Positions 28,713 to 38,196 of a stretch of 64,000 nucleotides of DNA are shown in pieces; position 1 is the stretch's first letter; each line of letters opens with the position of its first letter. Origin of the DNA: Patescibacteria group bacterium (GTDB lineage: Bacteria; Patescibacteriota; Minisyncoccia; UBA6257; 2-01-FULL-56-20). Below the pieces are notes generated by a model. That model was not told where the DNA came from, searched no databases, and saw only the letters and a list, made by a program, of their open reading frames with translations. A program made the position numbers and the translations under genes. The stretch lies in assembly GCA_024654525.1 (NCBI GenBank), contig JANLHI010000030.1, forward strand, positions 80,437 through 144,436, written 5' to 3'.

Positions 28713-29729
28713 ATGAAGGAATTACAAGACATTTTTAAATCTCTCACAAGTCGACAGCAGGAGGTAATTACTCGGCGTTTTGGCTTGGGGAAAACCGAAC
28801 CTGAAACACTTGCGGAGATAGGGGCGCGTTTTGGCATTACTCGTGAACGGGTAAGGCAGATTGAGAGTACTGCAATAAAACCTCTCGGAGACGCCATTCG
28901 AATACACCCCGTATGCAACAAACTCATACAATCCATTAATTCTTTTCTTGTCGATAATGGCGGTGTGGTACCCGCGGACCGATTTTTGTCGTATTGCGCG
29001 GATCAAAATGCGGGAGTGGGAGAACCTGATGTGGCGCTTCTTGCCGAGGCCACGCAAAATTTTTCTTTTTCCGCCGAAGATAGTAATTTCAACTCCTTTT
29101 ATTATTTGAACAAGGAAAGTTTCAGGCTTGCAAAGTCGTTTATCGATGCATGGGTAAAAATAATTTCTGGGAAGAAGAGCGTGGTGCTTGCGGGGCATTA
29201 TTCCCGAGAATTGCAATCTTTCATCGAGGAAAAGAAAATGTTTGTAGCGCACGCCGAAAACTATTTGGCTATTTCGAAAAAGATTCACCATTCACCATAT
29301 GGCGATGTTGGATTGGCAGAGTGGCCTGAGATAAAGCCTCAGACAATCCGAGACCGAATTTATCTTGTGCTCAGTAAAGAAGGAAAACCTGCTCATTTTC
29401 GGACTATCGCCGACCGAATTACTGCTGCAAATTTTGATACTAAGGCGGCGCTTGCGGCAACGGTGCATAACGAATTAATAAAAGACCCGCGTTTTGTCCT
29501 TGTGGGAAGGGGAATGTATGCTCTTAAAGAGTATGGCTACGAATCCGGTACTGCACGGGATGTAATTAAGAAAATTCTTGCGCAGGAGGGAGCACTTTAT
29601 CCGAAGGATGTGATTTTAGCAGCTCAGAAAAAGTGGTTTTTTAAAGAGAATACCATTTTGGTAAATCTTCAAAATCGTTCTCATTTTGAGCGTCGCTCGG
29701 ATGGACGCTATCAAGTGCGCGAAGCATAG
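28713..29729 (+). CDS. sigma-70 region-4 HTH domain protein with a C-terminal HARE-HTH-like domain
   Basis: N-terminus LTSRQQEVITRRFGL...TLAEIGARFGITRERVRQIE is sigma70_r4-like; C-terminus HFRTIADRI...DPRFVLVGRGMYALKEYGY is HARE-HTH-like. Confidence 0.5.
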   Translation: MKELQDIFKSLTSRQQEVITRRFGLGKTEPETLAEIGARFGITRERVRQIESTAIKPLGDAIRIHPVCNKLIQSINSFLVDNGGVVPADRFLSYCADQNAGVGEPDVALLAEATQNFSFSAEDSNFNSFYYLNKESFRLAKSFIDAWVKIISGKKSVVLAGHYSRELQSFIEEKKMFVAHAENYLAISKKIHHSPYGDVGLAEWPEIKPQTIRDRIYLVLSKEGKPAHFRTIADRITAANFDTKAALAATVHNELIKDPRFVLVGRGMYALKEYGYESGTARDVIKKILAQEGALYPKDVILAAQKKWFFKENTILVNLQNRSHFERRSDGRYQVREA

Positions 29730-29819
29730 GCGTGATATTGCTTTTGTTTTGAATTCCCGCTCTTAGGCGGTGTGTTGCGTGTTCTTGATGTGAGTAGGTT
29801 ATAATATTAAGGTCTTTAT

Positions 29820-31163
29820 ATGTTCGGAGATATTTTTAATATTATTGTCCACTTCCTTGATTTGAGTAAGTGGTTTATCGCCTTTTTTATTCTATGGCCG
29901 CTTTTTGAGTCCACGTGGATTGGATGGCGCCAATTTACCTACGAGCATTCGAGGGAATTCAGAATGGTGATGTTTGAAATGCGTATCCCGCGTGAAATCA
30001 GGAAGGGTCCTCGTGCCATGGAGCAGGTGCTTATGTCCTTATATTCTCTTCGCAATACCGCGGGTGATTTTCAAGAAACGTGGTGGGATGGTGAAATCAC
30101 GAAATGGTTTACGCTCGAAATTGTGAGTTTTGGGGGAGAGATAAAATTTTTTATCAGAGCATATTATAAGCAACGCCCACTTGTTGAAGCTGCGTTTTTT
30201 GCCCACTATCCGGATGTGGAATTGGTTGAAGTTGATGATTATATTGATCAGCTTCCTTCTGATTTAGATGATCTCTACTCGCGCGGATATGATGCATGGG
30301 GGTCGGAAATGGTACTCGCAAAGGAACCCGCATATCCCATCAGAACTTATCCTGACTTTGAGGCGCCTGACGAAGAACGCCAGCATGATCCAATTTCGTC
30401 GTTTCTTGAGGTATTGAGTAAGGCAAAAAAAGAAGAAACGATCGGTATACAAATCCTTATTGCTCCCGCAAGCGATGATTGGAATGAAAAATGGAAGGGA
30501 CTCATCGACAAGATGAAAGATGAATCTTCCAAACATATGGGGGGAAAAACAATAACGAATTTTCCAGGAGGTCCTCTTCCGGTATTTATATCTGAACACG
30601 AAGCTGAAAATCAATTCAAAGCGCTTTCCTTAAAACGTACGCCGGGGGAAACCGATGTGCTTGAAGCGATAGAGAATAATCTTTCGAAACCCGCGTTTGA
30701 GACTATTATTCGTTTCATGTATTTTTCGCCTAAACCGCTTTTTTACGACTCATTTGCACGTCGTGGTATCACGGGTATGTTCAACCAATACGCGGCGCTT
30801 GACTTGAATATGTTCAAGCAGAATTATTCGGTAAGCACGCGTGTGAAATTTTGGCATTGGCCTCATTTTTTCTACGATATTCGCGCCGAGTACAGGAAGG
30901 CAAGTTTGTTACATTGCTATCGCCACCGAATGATGCCCCATCATACTTTTATGGGAAAAATCCTGTATTCCCAGTTTTTTCGTTGGGATTTTGCCACAAA
31001 AACAATCACGCTCAACGTGGAGGCGCTTGCGACGTTGTTTCATCCGCCGACATTCCTCGTACTTACCGCACCTCATATTAAGAGGGTCGAGAGTAGAAAA
31101 ACGGGACCTCCTGCGGGATTGGCTATTTACGGAAATGAAAAAGAAATTGAGCGCTTTCAATGA
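29820..31163 (+). CDS. hypothetical protein (447 aa, N-terminal TM anchor)
   Basis: Long ORF with no recognisable family motif; immediately upstream of the 171-aa membrane protein and the VirD4/TraG-like ATPase. Confidence 0.5.
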   Translation: MFGDIFNIIVHFLDLSKWFIAFFILWPLFESTWIGWRQFTYEHSREFRMVMFEMRIPREIRKGPRAMEQVLMSLYSLRNTAGDFQETWWDGEITKWFTLEIVSFGGEIKFFIRAYYKQRPLVEAAFFAHYPDVELVEVDDYIDQLPSDLDDLYSRGYDAWGSEMVLAKEPAYPIRTYPDFEAPDEERQHDPISSFLEVLSKAKKEETIGIQILIAPASDDWNEKWKGLIDKMKDESSKHMGGKTITNFPGGPLPVFISEHEAENQFKALSLKRTPGETDVLEAIENNLSKPAFETIIRFMYFSPKPLFYDSFARRGITGMFNQYAALDLNMFKQNYSVSTRVKFWHWPHFFYDIRAEYRKASLLHCYRHRMMPHHTFMGKILYSQFFRWDFATKTITLNVEALATLFHPPTFLVLTAPHIKRVESRKTGPPAGLAIYGNEKEIERFQ

Positions 31164-31217
31164 TTTTTTCTTCAGTACCGATATGACAATGCATATAGTT
31201 AACCTCTCACAACTTCA

Positions 31218-31733
31218 ATGAATAACGGCGGACTAGATTTTTTCGGAACACACGAGTTTTGGATGTGGTTCTATTCCATACTCAATTTTATTTTTCTTGC
31301 GATAGATATTGCACTGTTTGTGGGATTTATATACGCGCTTATCCATGCATGGAAATATCGCCCCAAATTCAGATTGTCAAAAAAGACAAATGCCGGCGCT
31401 ATGGCGTTACGTATGGTGGTATTTAAGGAACGATGGGAAGAAGTTCTTAAGCGGATGGCGATTCAAACTTCGGATTCAATGAGGCTTGCGATACTTGAAG
31501 CAGACGCGCTGGTTGACTCAATACTCAAAGAACTTGGGTTCGAGGGCGATCATATGGCGGATCGCCTTGCAAAAATCACCCCCGAGAGTCTTTTATGCAT
31601 TGATCGCTTGTGGCGTGCACACCGGTTGAGAAATGAGCTTGTGCATACTCCCGATTATACAATCGAAACGGAAAAAGCTCAGCAAACGATTGAAGACTAT
31701 GAATCATTTATGAAAGAGATTAAAATATTGTAG
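31218..31733 (+). CDS. hypothetical membrane-anchored protein (171 aa)
   Basis: One N-terminal TM helix followed by a soluble helical domain; same orientation and tight spacing as its neighbours. Confidence 0.45.
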   Translation: MNNGGLDFFGTHEFWMWFYSILNFIFLAIDIALFVGFIYALIHAWKYRPKFRLSKKTNAGAMALRMVVFKERWEEVLKRMAIQTSDSMRLAILEADALVDSILKELGFEGDHMADRLAKITPESLLCIDRLWRAHRLRNELVHTPDYTIETEKAQQTIEDYESFMKEIKIL

Positions 31734-31751
31734 AACAAAAATCTTATTATT

Positions 31752-33200
31752 ATGTCGCGTCCAGGGAAAGTACAAATAATCAAATATGCCCCGCCTCCTC
31801 CGGAACTTCCCATCTATGGACAGGCGGATCCAAAGGAATGTTCCTTCATCGGGAGAACGAACTACGTTGCGGCGCTTGAGGAAAAAAAGTTTATTTTCGG
31901 TATTAACCGAAAAGACCGTCGGCGCCACCTTTATATTGTGGGGAAGAGCGGCGTGGGAAAAACAAAACTGCTTGAGCTTATGATTCGTCAAGATATCGCC
32001 CATAATCATGGGCTTTGTCTTATTGATCCTCACGGAGATGTGGTTGACGCAACTATTGATTTCGTGCCGGAAAATCGCATAGAGGACGTGGTAATTATCG
32101 ATCCAACCGATTTCGAATATCCCGCATCGTTCAACCCACTTGCGAATGTCGATCCTAATTTCAAGCACCAATTGACTCAAGGGCTTATCGAGGTCATGGA
32201 GAAACAATTTGGCGCGAACTGGACTCCTCGGCTTGAACACGTATTCCGTTTTACCGTGCTGGCATTACTTGATTATCCCCACGCTACCATGCGAGGGATG
32301 ATTTCGATGTTAACCGATCGAAACTATAGGCAAAAAGTCGTGGAGTATATCGAGGATGATATGGTAAAACGCTTTTGGGCTATTGAATTTGCGGATTGGT
32401 CGGAAAAGTTCGATACCGACGCTATTATTCCGCTTGTCAACAAGTTGGGGCAATTTTTGTCGGACCCGATGCTTCGGAATATTTTCGGACAGAAGGAAAA
32501 CAAAATACGACTTGAAGATCTTATTAACCAAAAGAAAATTATTCTTATCAATCTTTCAAAGGGAAGACTTGGAGAAGAAAATTCAAGTTTTTTTGGCTCC
32601 ATGTTCATCACAAAGATCAAACAGGCGGGTATGGCACGTGCAGGCCTCCCGGAGAAAGATCGGCACGATTTTTATCTGTATGTGGATGAGTTTCAAAATG
32701 TGGTTACCGAGACATTTGAAAATATTCTTTCTGAGGCGAGGAAGTACGGATTGTGCCTCACGGTTGCACACCAATACATGGGACAGCTTTTGCCTCGAGT
32801 ACAAGCGGCGGTACTTGGTAATGTGGGAAGTATTGTGATCTTTCGTGTCGGAGGTGACGATGCGGTAACACTCAAGCCGGAAATGGCTCCGGTGTTTGAC
32901 GTGAAAGATATGATTAATCTTGGCGTGAGAGAATTCTACATCAAGCTTATGATTGACGGAGAATCCTATGATCCTTTTTCCGCGGAAACACTTGCGGTAC
33001 TTGATCCCCCTCATCGGTCATTCCGTAAAGAGATTATTCAACGTTCACGCGAAAAATACGCGATTCCCGCTGATTCTGCGAAAAAGCTTATTGCCGAAGA
33101 GGAATCGACAATTCTTCGAAGCGCTCAAGAGAAGGCTATTATCGAAGGAAAGTCACCCAAAAACACAGAAGTGGAGAAGGTGGCGGAACCGCTGATATAA
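31752..33200 (+). CDS. VirD4/TraG/TraD-family P-loop NTPase (type IV secretion coupling-protein-like, soluble)
   Basis: Walker A YIVGKSGVGKT, LIDPHGD, Walker B LYVDEFQN, VAHQ; no predicted TM segment. Confidence 0.55.
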   Translation: MSRPGKVQIIKYAPPPPELPIYGQADPKECSFIGRTNYVAALEEKKFIFGINRKDRRRHLYIVGKSGVGKTKLLELMIRQDIAHNHGLCLIDPHGDVVDATIDFVPENRIEDVVIIDPTDFEYPASFNPLANVDPNFKHQLTQGLIEVMEKQFGANWTPRLEHVFRFTVLALLDYPHATMRGMISMLTDRNYRQKVVEYIEDDMVKRFWAIEFADWSEKFDTDAIIPLVNKLGQFLSDPMLRNIFGQKENKIRLEDLINQKKIILINLSKGRLGEENSSFFGSMFITKIKQAGMARAGLPEKDRHDFYLYVDEFQNVVTETFENILSEARKYGLCLTVAHQYMGQLLPRVQAAVLGNVGSIVIFRVGGDDAVTLKPEMAPVFDVKDMINLGVREFYIKLMIDGESYDPFSAETLAVLDPPHRSFRKEIIQRSREKYAIPADSAKKLIAEEESTILRSAQEKAIIEGKSPKNTEVEKVAEPLI

Positions 33201-33219
33201 GCAGGCCACACTTTTCCGA

Positions 33220-33729
33220 CTAGTGGTGTCCGCCTCCTCCAAACTTAGGGAACTCTTTTGTGGGCGGGGAAACTATGTTGTGTACGAAAATACCGAATGC
33301 AAGTCCCAATACGAGAGAAAGCAGGAATTCGTTGAATGTGCGGATGAAGAGGTAGTGAAATAACGAATAGAAAATAAAAAAACTTGCACCAAGTATGCCC
33401 CATCCTTTAAGACGAATTGGGATTATTTTTTTACCTCCGGAAAAAATGAGGTATGCAAGAATGGCGCTCGAAAAAGCAAGCCATAAATCAAATCCTTTAT
33501 AAATTGGACCTTCTGGAAAGCTTGTCTTTAAAAATACTCCGATTTGATACACCACAATGATGATAAAAAGAATAAATCCCGCCATAAATCCTGCTTGACC
33601 TGAATCATTTGCTCTGCTATCTGACGATTTCTGAGCGTGCGAATAAGTACTCCAAAGCGCGGACCCGAGAAGAGAGGGGACGAGTATCCACACAATCGCA
33701 TCAAAAATAGGTTTGAGGGCGTATTCCAT
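33220..33729 (-). CDS. hypothetical membrane protein (169 aa)
   Basis: Four to five predicted TM helices; convergent with the upstream ATPase gene. Confidence 0.45.
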   Translation of the reverse strand: MEYALKPIFDAIVWILVPSLLGSALWSTYSHAQKSSDSRANDSGQAGFMAGFILFIIIVVYQIGVFLKTSFPEGPIYKGFDLWLAFSSAILAYLIFSGGKKIIPIRLKGWGILGASFFIFYSLFHYLFIRTFNEFLLSLVLGLAFGIFVHNIVSPPTKEFPKFGGGGHH

Positions 33730-33814
33730 TGAAAATAATTAAACCATAAAACAATAATATATACAAGTGCCTAGTTTTAAAAATATTTAATTGCATATAT
33801 ACTATTGTAATATT

Positions 33815-34480
33815 ATGGACGAAATCATTAACGCGTACGATTTAAAAAATCCCGAGGTTGCGCTTCCCATGTCGCGTGCAAAGTTTTACGAAGATCAAAT
33901 CGCGGCATATAAATCAGGGGTAGCTCCCACCGCTGCGGTGGAAATAATAGACATTTTTCTTTTTACCGGGGATAAAGAACTTTTTATCCAAAAACGTTCG
34001 TTTCATAAAGCACACAATCCTGGACTTTTTGATAAAGCCGTAGGCGGGCATGTGCGGCATGGCGATACACCTGATTTCAGCGCCATGGTGGAAACAGTGC
34101 AAGAGCTTCAGACCCCTTCGATTGTATTAAGGAATCAAACCGATTTTATAAAAACGTTGAGTTTACTCAAAGAATATCTTGATACTGTCGCAGTACTTAT
34201 GCATGTGGGCACCGAAATTGCTCCGATACAAAAAATTTTTTCGGGAGAATCTATTCCGATTGCAAACAAGATTCAGTTATATTTCGGAATTTATAACGGA
34301 AGAACTCGATCTGCCGACCATGAAGCGAAGGGGGTTTTGCATTATACGTTTGATGAGTTGCAACAGGAAATGGAAAAATTTCCTGCCGCTTTTACCGATG
34401 ATATACATTTTCTTTTTGGAAAATACAAGAAAGAAATGATTGCATTTCTTGAATCAAGCGAGAAAATTCTCGGAGTATGA
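33815..34480 (+). CDS. NUDIX-like domain protein (divergent Nudix box)
   Basis: GGHVRHGDTPDFSAMVETVQELQ aligns with the Nudix box GX5EX7REUXEEXGU, but several catalytic Glu/Arg residues are replaced; the ORF-track start at 33791 is also possible. Confidence 0.35.
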   Translation: MDEIINAYDLKNPEVALPMSRAKFYEDQIAAYKSGVAPTAAVEIIDIFLFTGDKELFIQKRSFHKAHNPGLFDKAVGGHVRHGDTPDFSAMVETVQELQTPSIVLRNQTDFIKTLSLLKEYLDTVAVLMHVGTEIAPIQKIFSGESIPIANKIQLYFGIYNGRTRSADHEAKGVLHYTFDELQQEMEKFPAAFTDDIHFLFGKYKKEMIAFLESSEKILGV

Positions 34481-36180
34481 GTGATTTTAAAACAAAAAAT
34501 TGCTCCCAGTGCGCATTTTCATTTGCAATCACCGCGGAAGATAGCATTTGGTACAACAAATTTGACGTATGCGATCCGAAGCTGTGTCCGCGATGCCGCG
34601 CCCAGCGGCGGCTCGCATTTCGCAACGAGCGCTCGTTTTATAAGCGTCCATGCGACAAATGCAAAAGGGATGTGGTTTCAATGTATAGTCCGAATAAGCC
34701 CTATGCGGTATGGTGTCATGATTGTTGGTTCGCGGATGATTGGGACCCGAAGGATTTTGGGAAAGACTATAATCCTTCGCAACCCTTTTTTGAGCAAGTC
34801 GAGAATATTTGGAGGCAAGTGCCAAAAGTCGCGCTGATTCACGTGCGAAGCGTGAATTGCGAGTACTTGAACGTATGCGCGGACAATAAAAACTGCTATA
34901 TGATAGTGGAATCTTCGAATAACGAGGATTCGATTCATTGTTATTGGATTCAAAAAACGCGGGGGTGTGTGGATACTTCATTCTCCCATGAATGCGAGCG
35001 GTGCTATGAGTCCGATGATATCTATAACTGCTATCAGGTGCGTTACAGCAAAGGATGTCACGATTGCCGCGATGCATATTTTCTTTTTGATTGTCGGAAT
35101 TGTTCGGATTGCATCGGATGCGTAAATCTTCGCAATAAACGATATTGCATTTTCAACAAACAGGTGACCAAAGAAGAATATCGGAAGTTTTTAGATGAGG
35201 CTCGGCTTGATACTCATACCGGAGTGGAGAAAATACAAACACAATTTGAAAAATTCAAAGCGACACAGCCGCACAAATATGCCGAAGCGGTGAATACCGT
35301 GAATTGTACGGGGAATTATTTGAAGGATGCGAAAAACTGTATTGATTGCTTTCATACCTACGAAGCCGAAGATTGTAAATATGCACTACATGCATGGCGG
35401 GATGCGAAGGATTGCGTGGATACGGATACTACCGGCAGGGGAGTGCAAATGGTCTACAACTCGCATAACACGGGAATTAATGCTTCAAATTGCATCTGTT
35501 GCGCGCAGTGCTGGGGAAGCATGCTTCTTGAATATTGCTCGCACTGTCACGATTCGCAAAATTGTTTCGGCTCCACCGGATTACGAAAGGCGAAGTATTG
35601 CATCCTGAATAAACAATATTCCGAAGAAGAATATAAAAAACTCAAGGCACAAATTGTCGAGCGTATGAAGCGGGATGAAATATACGGAGAGTTCTTTCCT
35701 CCGTCATCAAGTGCATTCGGGTACAACGAAGCGTGCGTACAGGAGCAATTCCCGCTCACCAAAGAAAACGCGCTGGCACAAGGGTTCAAATGGGAATATC
35801 ATCCGCGCGGCACCTATGGAAAGGAAACGGTGGATTGGGGAGAGATTTCGGATTCAATCCGTGACTTCACAACCGAAGATATCAATAAAGACATCTTTGC
35901 CTGCACCGCATGCAAAAAGAATTATCGCATTATTCCCGACGAACTCGCGTTGTACCGCAAACTCGAAATTCCTCTCCCGCGCGTGTGCCCCGACTGCCGC
36001 CATGCGCGGAGATTCGTCGCGCGCGGGCCTAATCGCCTGCGAACCGAATCATGCAAGTGTACCGTGGCTCACCATGCGCATGGTGATGCTGGTTGTTCAA
36101 TTACATTCAAAACTGCGTATCCGAAAGAATGGAATTTTCTTTTATACTGCGAAGCCTGCTATAACGCAGAAGTGGCGTGA
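34477..36180 (+). CDS. Cys-rich multi-zinc-ribbon protein (paralog 1; 567 aa, about 9% Cys)
   Basis: N- and C-terminal CxxC...CxxC ribbon modules (LCPRCRAQRRLAFRNERSFYK; NYRIIPDELALYRKLEIPLPRVCPDCRHARRF) and a central run of NCxDCxGC-type repeats; paralogous to 38197..39867. Confidence 0.6.
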   Translation: MSDFKTKNCSQCAFSFAITAEDSIWYNKFDVCDPKLCPRCRAQRRLAFRNERSFYKRPCDKCKRDVVSMYSPNKPYAVWCHDCWFADDWDPKDFGKDYNPSQPFFEQVENIWRQVPKVALIHVRSVNCEYLNVCADNKNCYMIVESSNNEDSIHCYWIQKTRGCVDTSFSHECERCYESDDIYNCYQVRYSKGCHDCRDAYFLFDCRNCSDCIGCVNLRNKRYCIFNKQVTKEEYRKFLDEARLDTHTGVEKIQTQFEKFKATQPHKYAEAVNTVNCTGNYLKDAKNCIDCFHTYEAEDCKYALHAWRDAKDCVDTDTTGRGVQMVYNSHNTGINASNCICCAQCWGSMLLEYCSHCHDSQNCFGSTGLRKAKYCILNKQYSEEEYKKLKAQIVERMKRDEIYGEFFPPSSSAFGYNEACVQEQFPLTKENALAQGFKWEYHPRGTYGKETVDWGEISDSIRDFTTEDINKDIFACTACKKNYRIIPDELALYRKLEIPLPRVCPDCRHARRFVARGPNRLRTESCKCTVAHHAHGDAGCSITFKTAYPKEWNFLLYCEACYNAEVA

Positions 36181-36303
36181 GAAAGGTAGAGTTTCCCGAA
36201 GGCCTTGATAAAAGAGGGCGAATGGATGTTTCTAATTTTTGTGGGTTGAAAGAATTGAAGTTTTGAGTTACCTTTTAATAAAGGTCGTTCTTTAACGGTT
36301 CCT

Positions 36304-36612
36304 ATGGTTCTTATCTATACCACCTGCAAAAATACGGAAGAAGCGGTGAAGATAGGTAAAATAATTCTCGACAAAAAACTTGCCTCGTGCGTAAATATCT
36401 GGCCGTTGCAAAGCATGTATTACTGGCAGGGAAGGCTGGAAAATCATCTCGAAACGGGCATGCTTGTTAAAACGCTCGAGCATCATCTTTCGGAAATCGA
36501 GAGTCTCATCGAAGCCAATCACTCGTACGCGACGCCATACATCGGTGCGATTGAGGTGAGAAGGTTTAATCGGGCATATCGAGAGTGGATGTCTTCGGTG
36601 ATAAAACCTTAA
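36304..36612 (+). CDS. cutA: divalent-cation tolerance protein CutA
   Basis: 102 aa; LIYTTCKNTEEAVKIGKIILDKKLASCVNIWPLQSMYYWQG matches CutA1. Confidence 0.75.
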   Translation: MVLIYTTCKNTEEAVKIGKIILDKKLASCVNIWPLQSMYYWQGRLENHLETGMLVKTLEHHLSEIESLIEANHSYATPYIGAIEVRRFNRAYREWMSSVIKP

Positions 36613-36660
36613 TATTTTTTTCGCCTGTTTCGTGTTGTATGAAATAGCGTCCGAGATTTT

Positions 36661-38181
36661 GTGGCGCAGAGTGTTCCTTGTACACCCATATCAATTATGC
36701 ATACCACTACTACCACCACATTGCTACATAACGACTCGCTTCTTTTTGTAATTAGAGAAGGAGAAAGTATTCAGCGACACCCATTTTGGAAATTTCTCAA
36801 CGATGAAGATCGGCAGTATTTTGGATTTTCAATGAAAAAAAATCTCTTGCAGGGAGATTTTTCTCGAACTCTTGTTTTTCCGAGCGGAAGGATAGCGTTG
36901 ATTCTTGGTGTATGCGAAAAGAAAAAATATAATGCGCGCAGGACTATTCTTACCGCCCGACGTGCCATCGTAAGCGCTCGAGCGGAAAGGATATCTCACC
37001 TTACCGTTGCTCTTGAGGATTTTGCATCTCTTCGATCTATACCGGAAGAAGTTGCGTCGCGTATCGCCACTCAATTTGAAGTTGCTAATTTTGAATTTGT
37101 CGCTCACCGAACAGCCCCAAAGAGCGGGTGGGGATTTGTTGAAAGTATTTCCATCTTTATATCTTCAAAAAACTCTTCGCTTATTCGTGCGGTAGCCGAA
37201 GGAAAAATAATAGGAGAGGAAATAAATAAAACTCGATTACTTTCAAATACTCCGGGGGGGGATATGACTCCGTCGCATCTTGCCGGCGCGGCAGTTCAGG
37301 TGGGTAAGAGTTGCGGAATCAAAGTGACTGTATTAAAAGAAAAGGAAATCGAAGAGCTTGGCATGGGAGGTGTCCTCGGAGTTGCGAAGGGCTCATCGGA
37401 ACCCCCGCGTTTTATCGTGATGGAATTTTCCGGAGGAAAGAAAAATGAGTCTCCCACTGTGTTAGTAGGGAAAGGAGTTACCTTCGATACGGGAGGTCTT
37501 AATTTAAAGCCAAGCAATGGGATTTATGAGATGCACATGGATATGTCCGGAGGAGCCGCAACCATTCATACCATTGCCGCGGCTGCACGGTTAAAACTAA
37601 AAAAGAATATCGTCGGACTTATTCCCGCGGTTGAAAATATGCCCTCTGGGTCAAGTTACCGTCCAGGAGATCTTTTAAAGTCGATGTCAGGGAAAACGAT
37701 TGAGGTCATGAATACCGATGCCGAAGGAAGGGTGATTCTTGCCGATGCGTTGGAATATGCAAAGCGATATAATCCGAAGATTGTGATTGATATTGCAACA
37801 CTGACGGGTGCCGCAATGGTGGCGCTTGGACAACGCGCTTCTGCGGTATTTTCGAACGAAGAAAATATACATGAGTCGCTTTGTGAGGCAGGCGAACGAG
37901 CGGGGGACTATGCATGGCCGTTACCTCTCTGGGAAGAGTACGAAGCTGATGTAAAAGGAACGTTTGGAGATTTCGCAAATTCCGGAAAGAGCCGTTATGG
38001 AGGAGCGATTGAGGGGGCGGTGTTTCTACGTCAATTTATACGCAATAGCGATGGATCGGATGCATATCCGTGGGCGCATCTCGATATCGCGCCTCGTATG
38101 ACATCCGTTGAGGGCGAATTCCTCACAAAAGGCGCTGCGGGTGCACCCGTTGCATTACTCTTGGCATTTTTACGGAAATAG
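36661..38181 (+). CDS. pepA: leucyl aminopeptidase (M17 family)
   Basis: NTDAEGRVILADAL, VGKGVTFDTGG and other M17 catalytic-domain motifs; the start codon is uncertain. Confidence 0.85.
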   Translation: MAQSVPCTPISIMHTTTTTTLLHNDSLLFVIREGESIQRHPFWKFLNDEDRQYFGFSMKKNLLQGDFSRTLVFPSGRIALILGVCEKKKYNARRTILTARRAIVSARAERISHLTVALEDFASLRSIPEEVASRIATQFEVANFEFVAHRTAPKSGWGFVESISIFISSKNSSLIRAVAEGKIIGEEINKTRLLSNTPGGDMTPSHLAGAAVQVGKSCGIKVTVLKEKEIEELGMGGVLGVAKGSSEPPRFIVMEFSGGKKNESPTVLVGKGVTFDTGGLNLKPSNGIYEMHMDMSGGAATIHTIAAAARLKLKKNIVGLIPAVENMPSGSSYRPGDLLKSMSGKTIEVMNTDAEGRVILADALEYAKRYNPKIVIDIATLTGAAMVALGQRASAVFSNEENIHESLCEAGERAGDYAWPLPLWEEYEADVKGTFGDFANSGKSRYGGAIEGAVFLRQFIRNSDGSDAYPWAHLDIAPRMTSVEGEFLTKGAAGAPVALLLAFLRK

Positions 38182-38196
38182 TTTGAGTATATTTTT

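Noticed and set aside
28722-29291. 189-aa minus-strand ORF opposite the sigma-r4/HARE-HTH gene
   Set aside because: Shadow ORF. The plus-strand frame carries recognisable HTH motifs.
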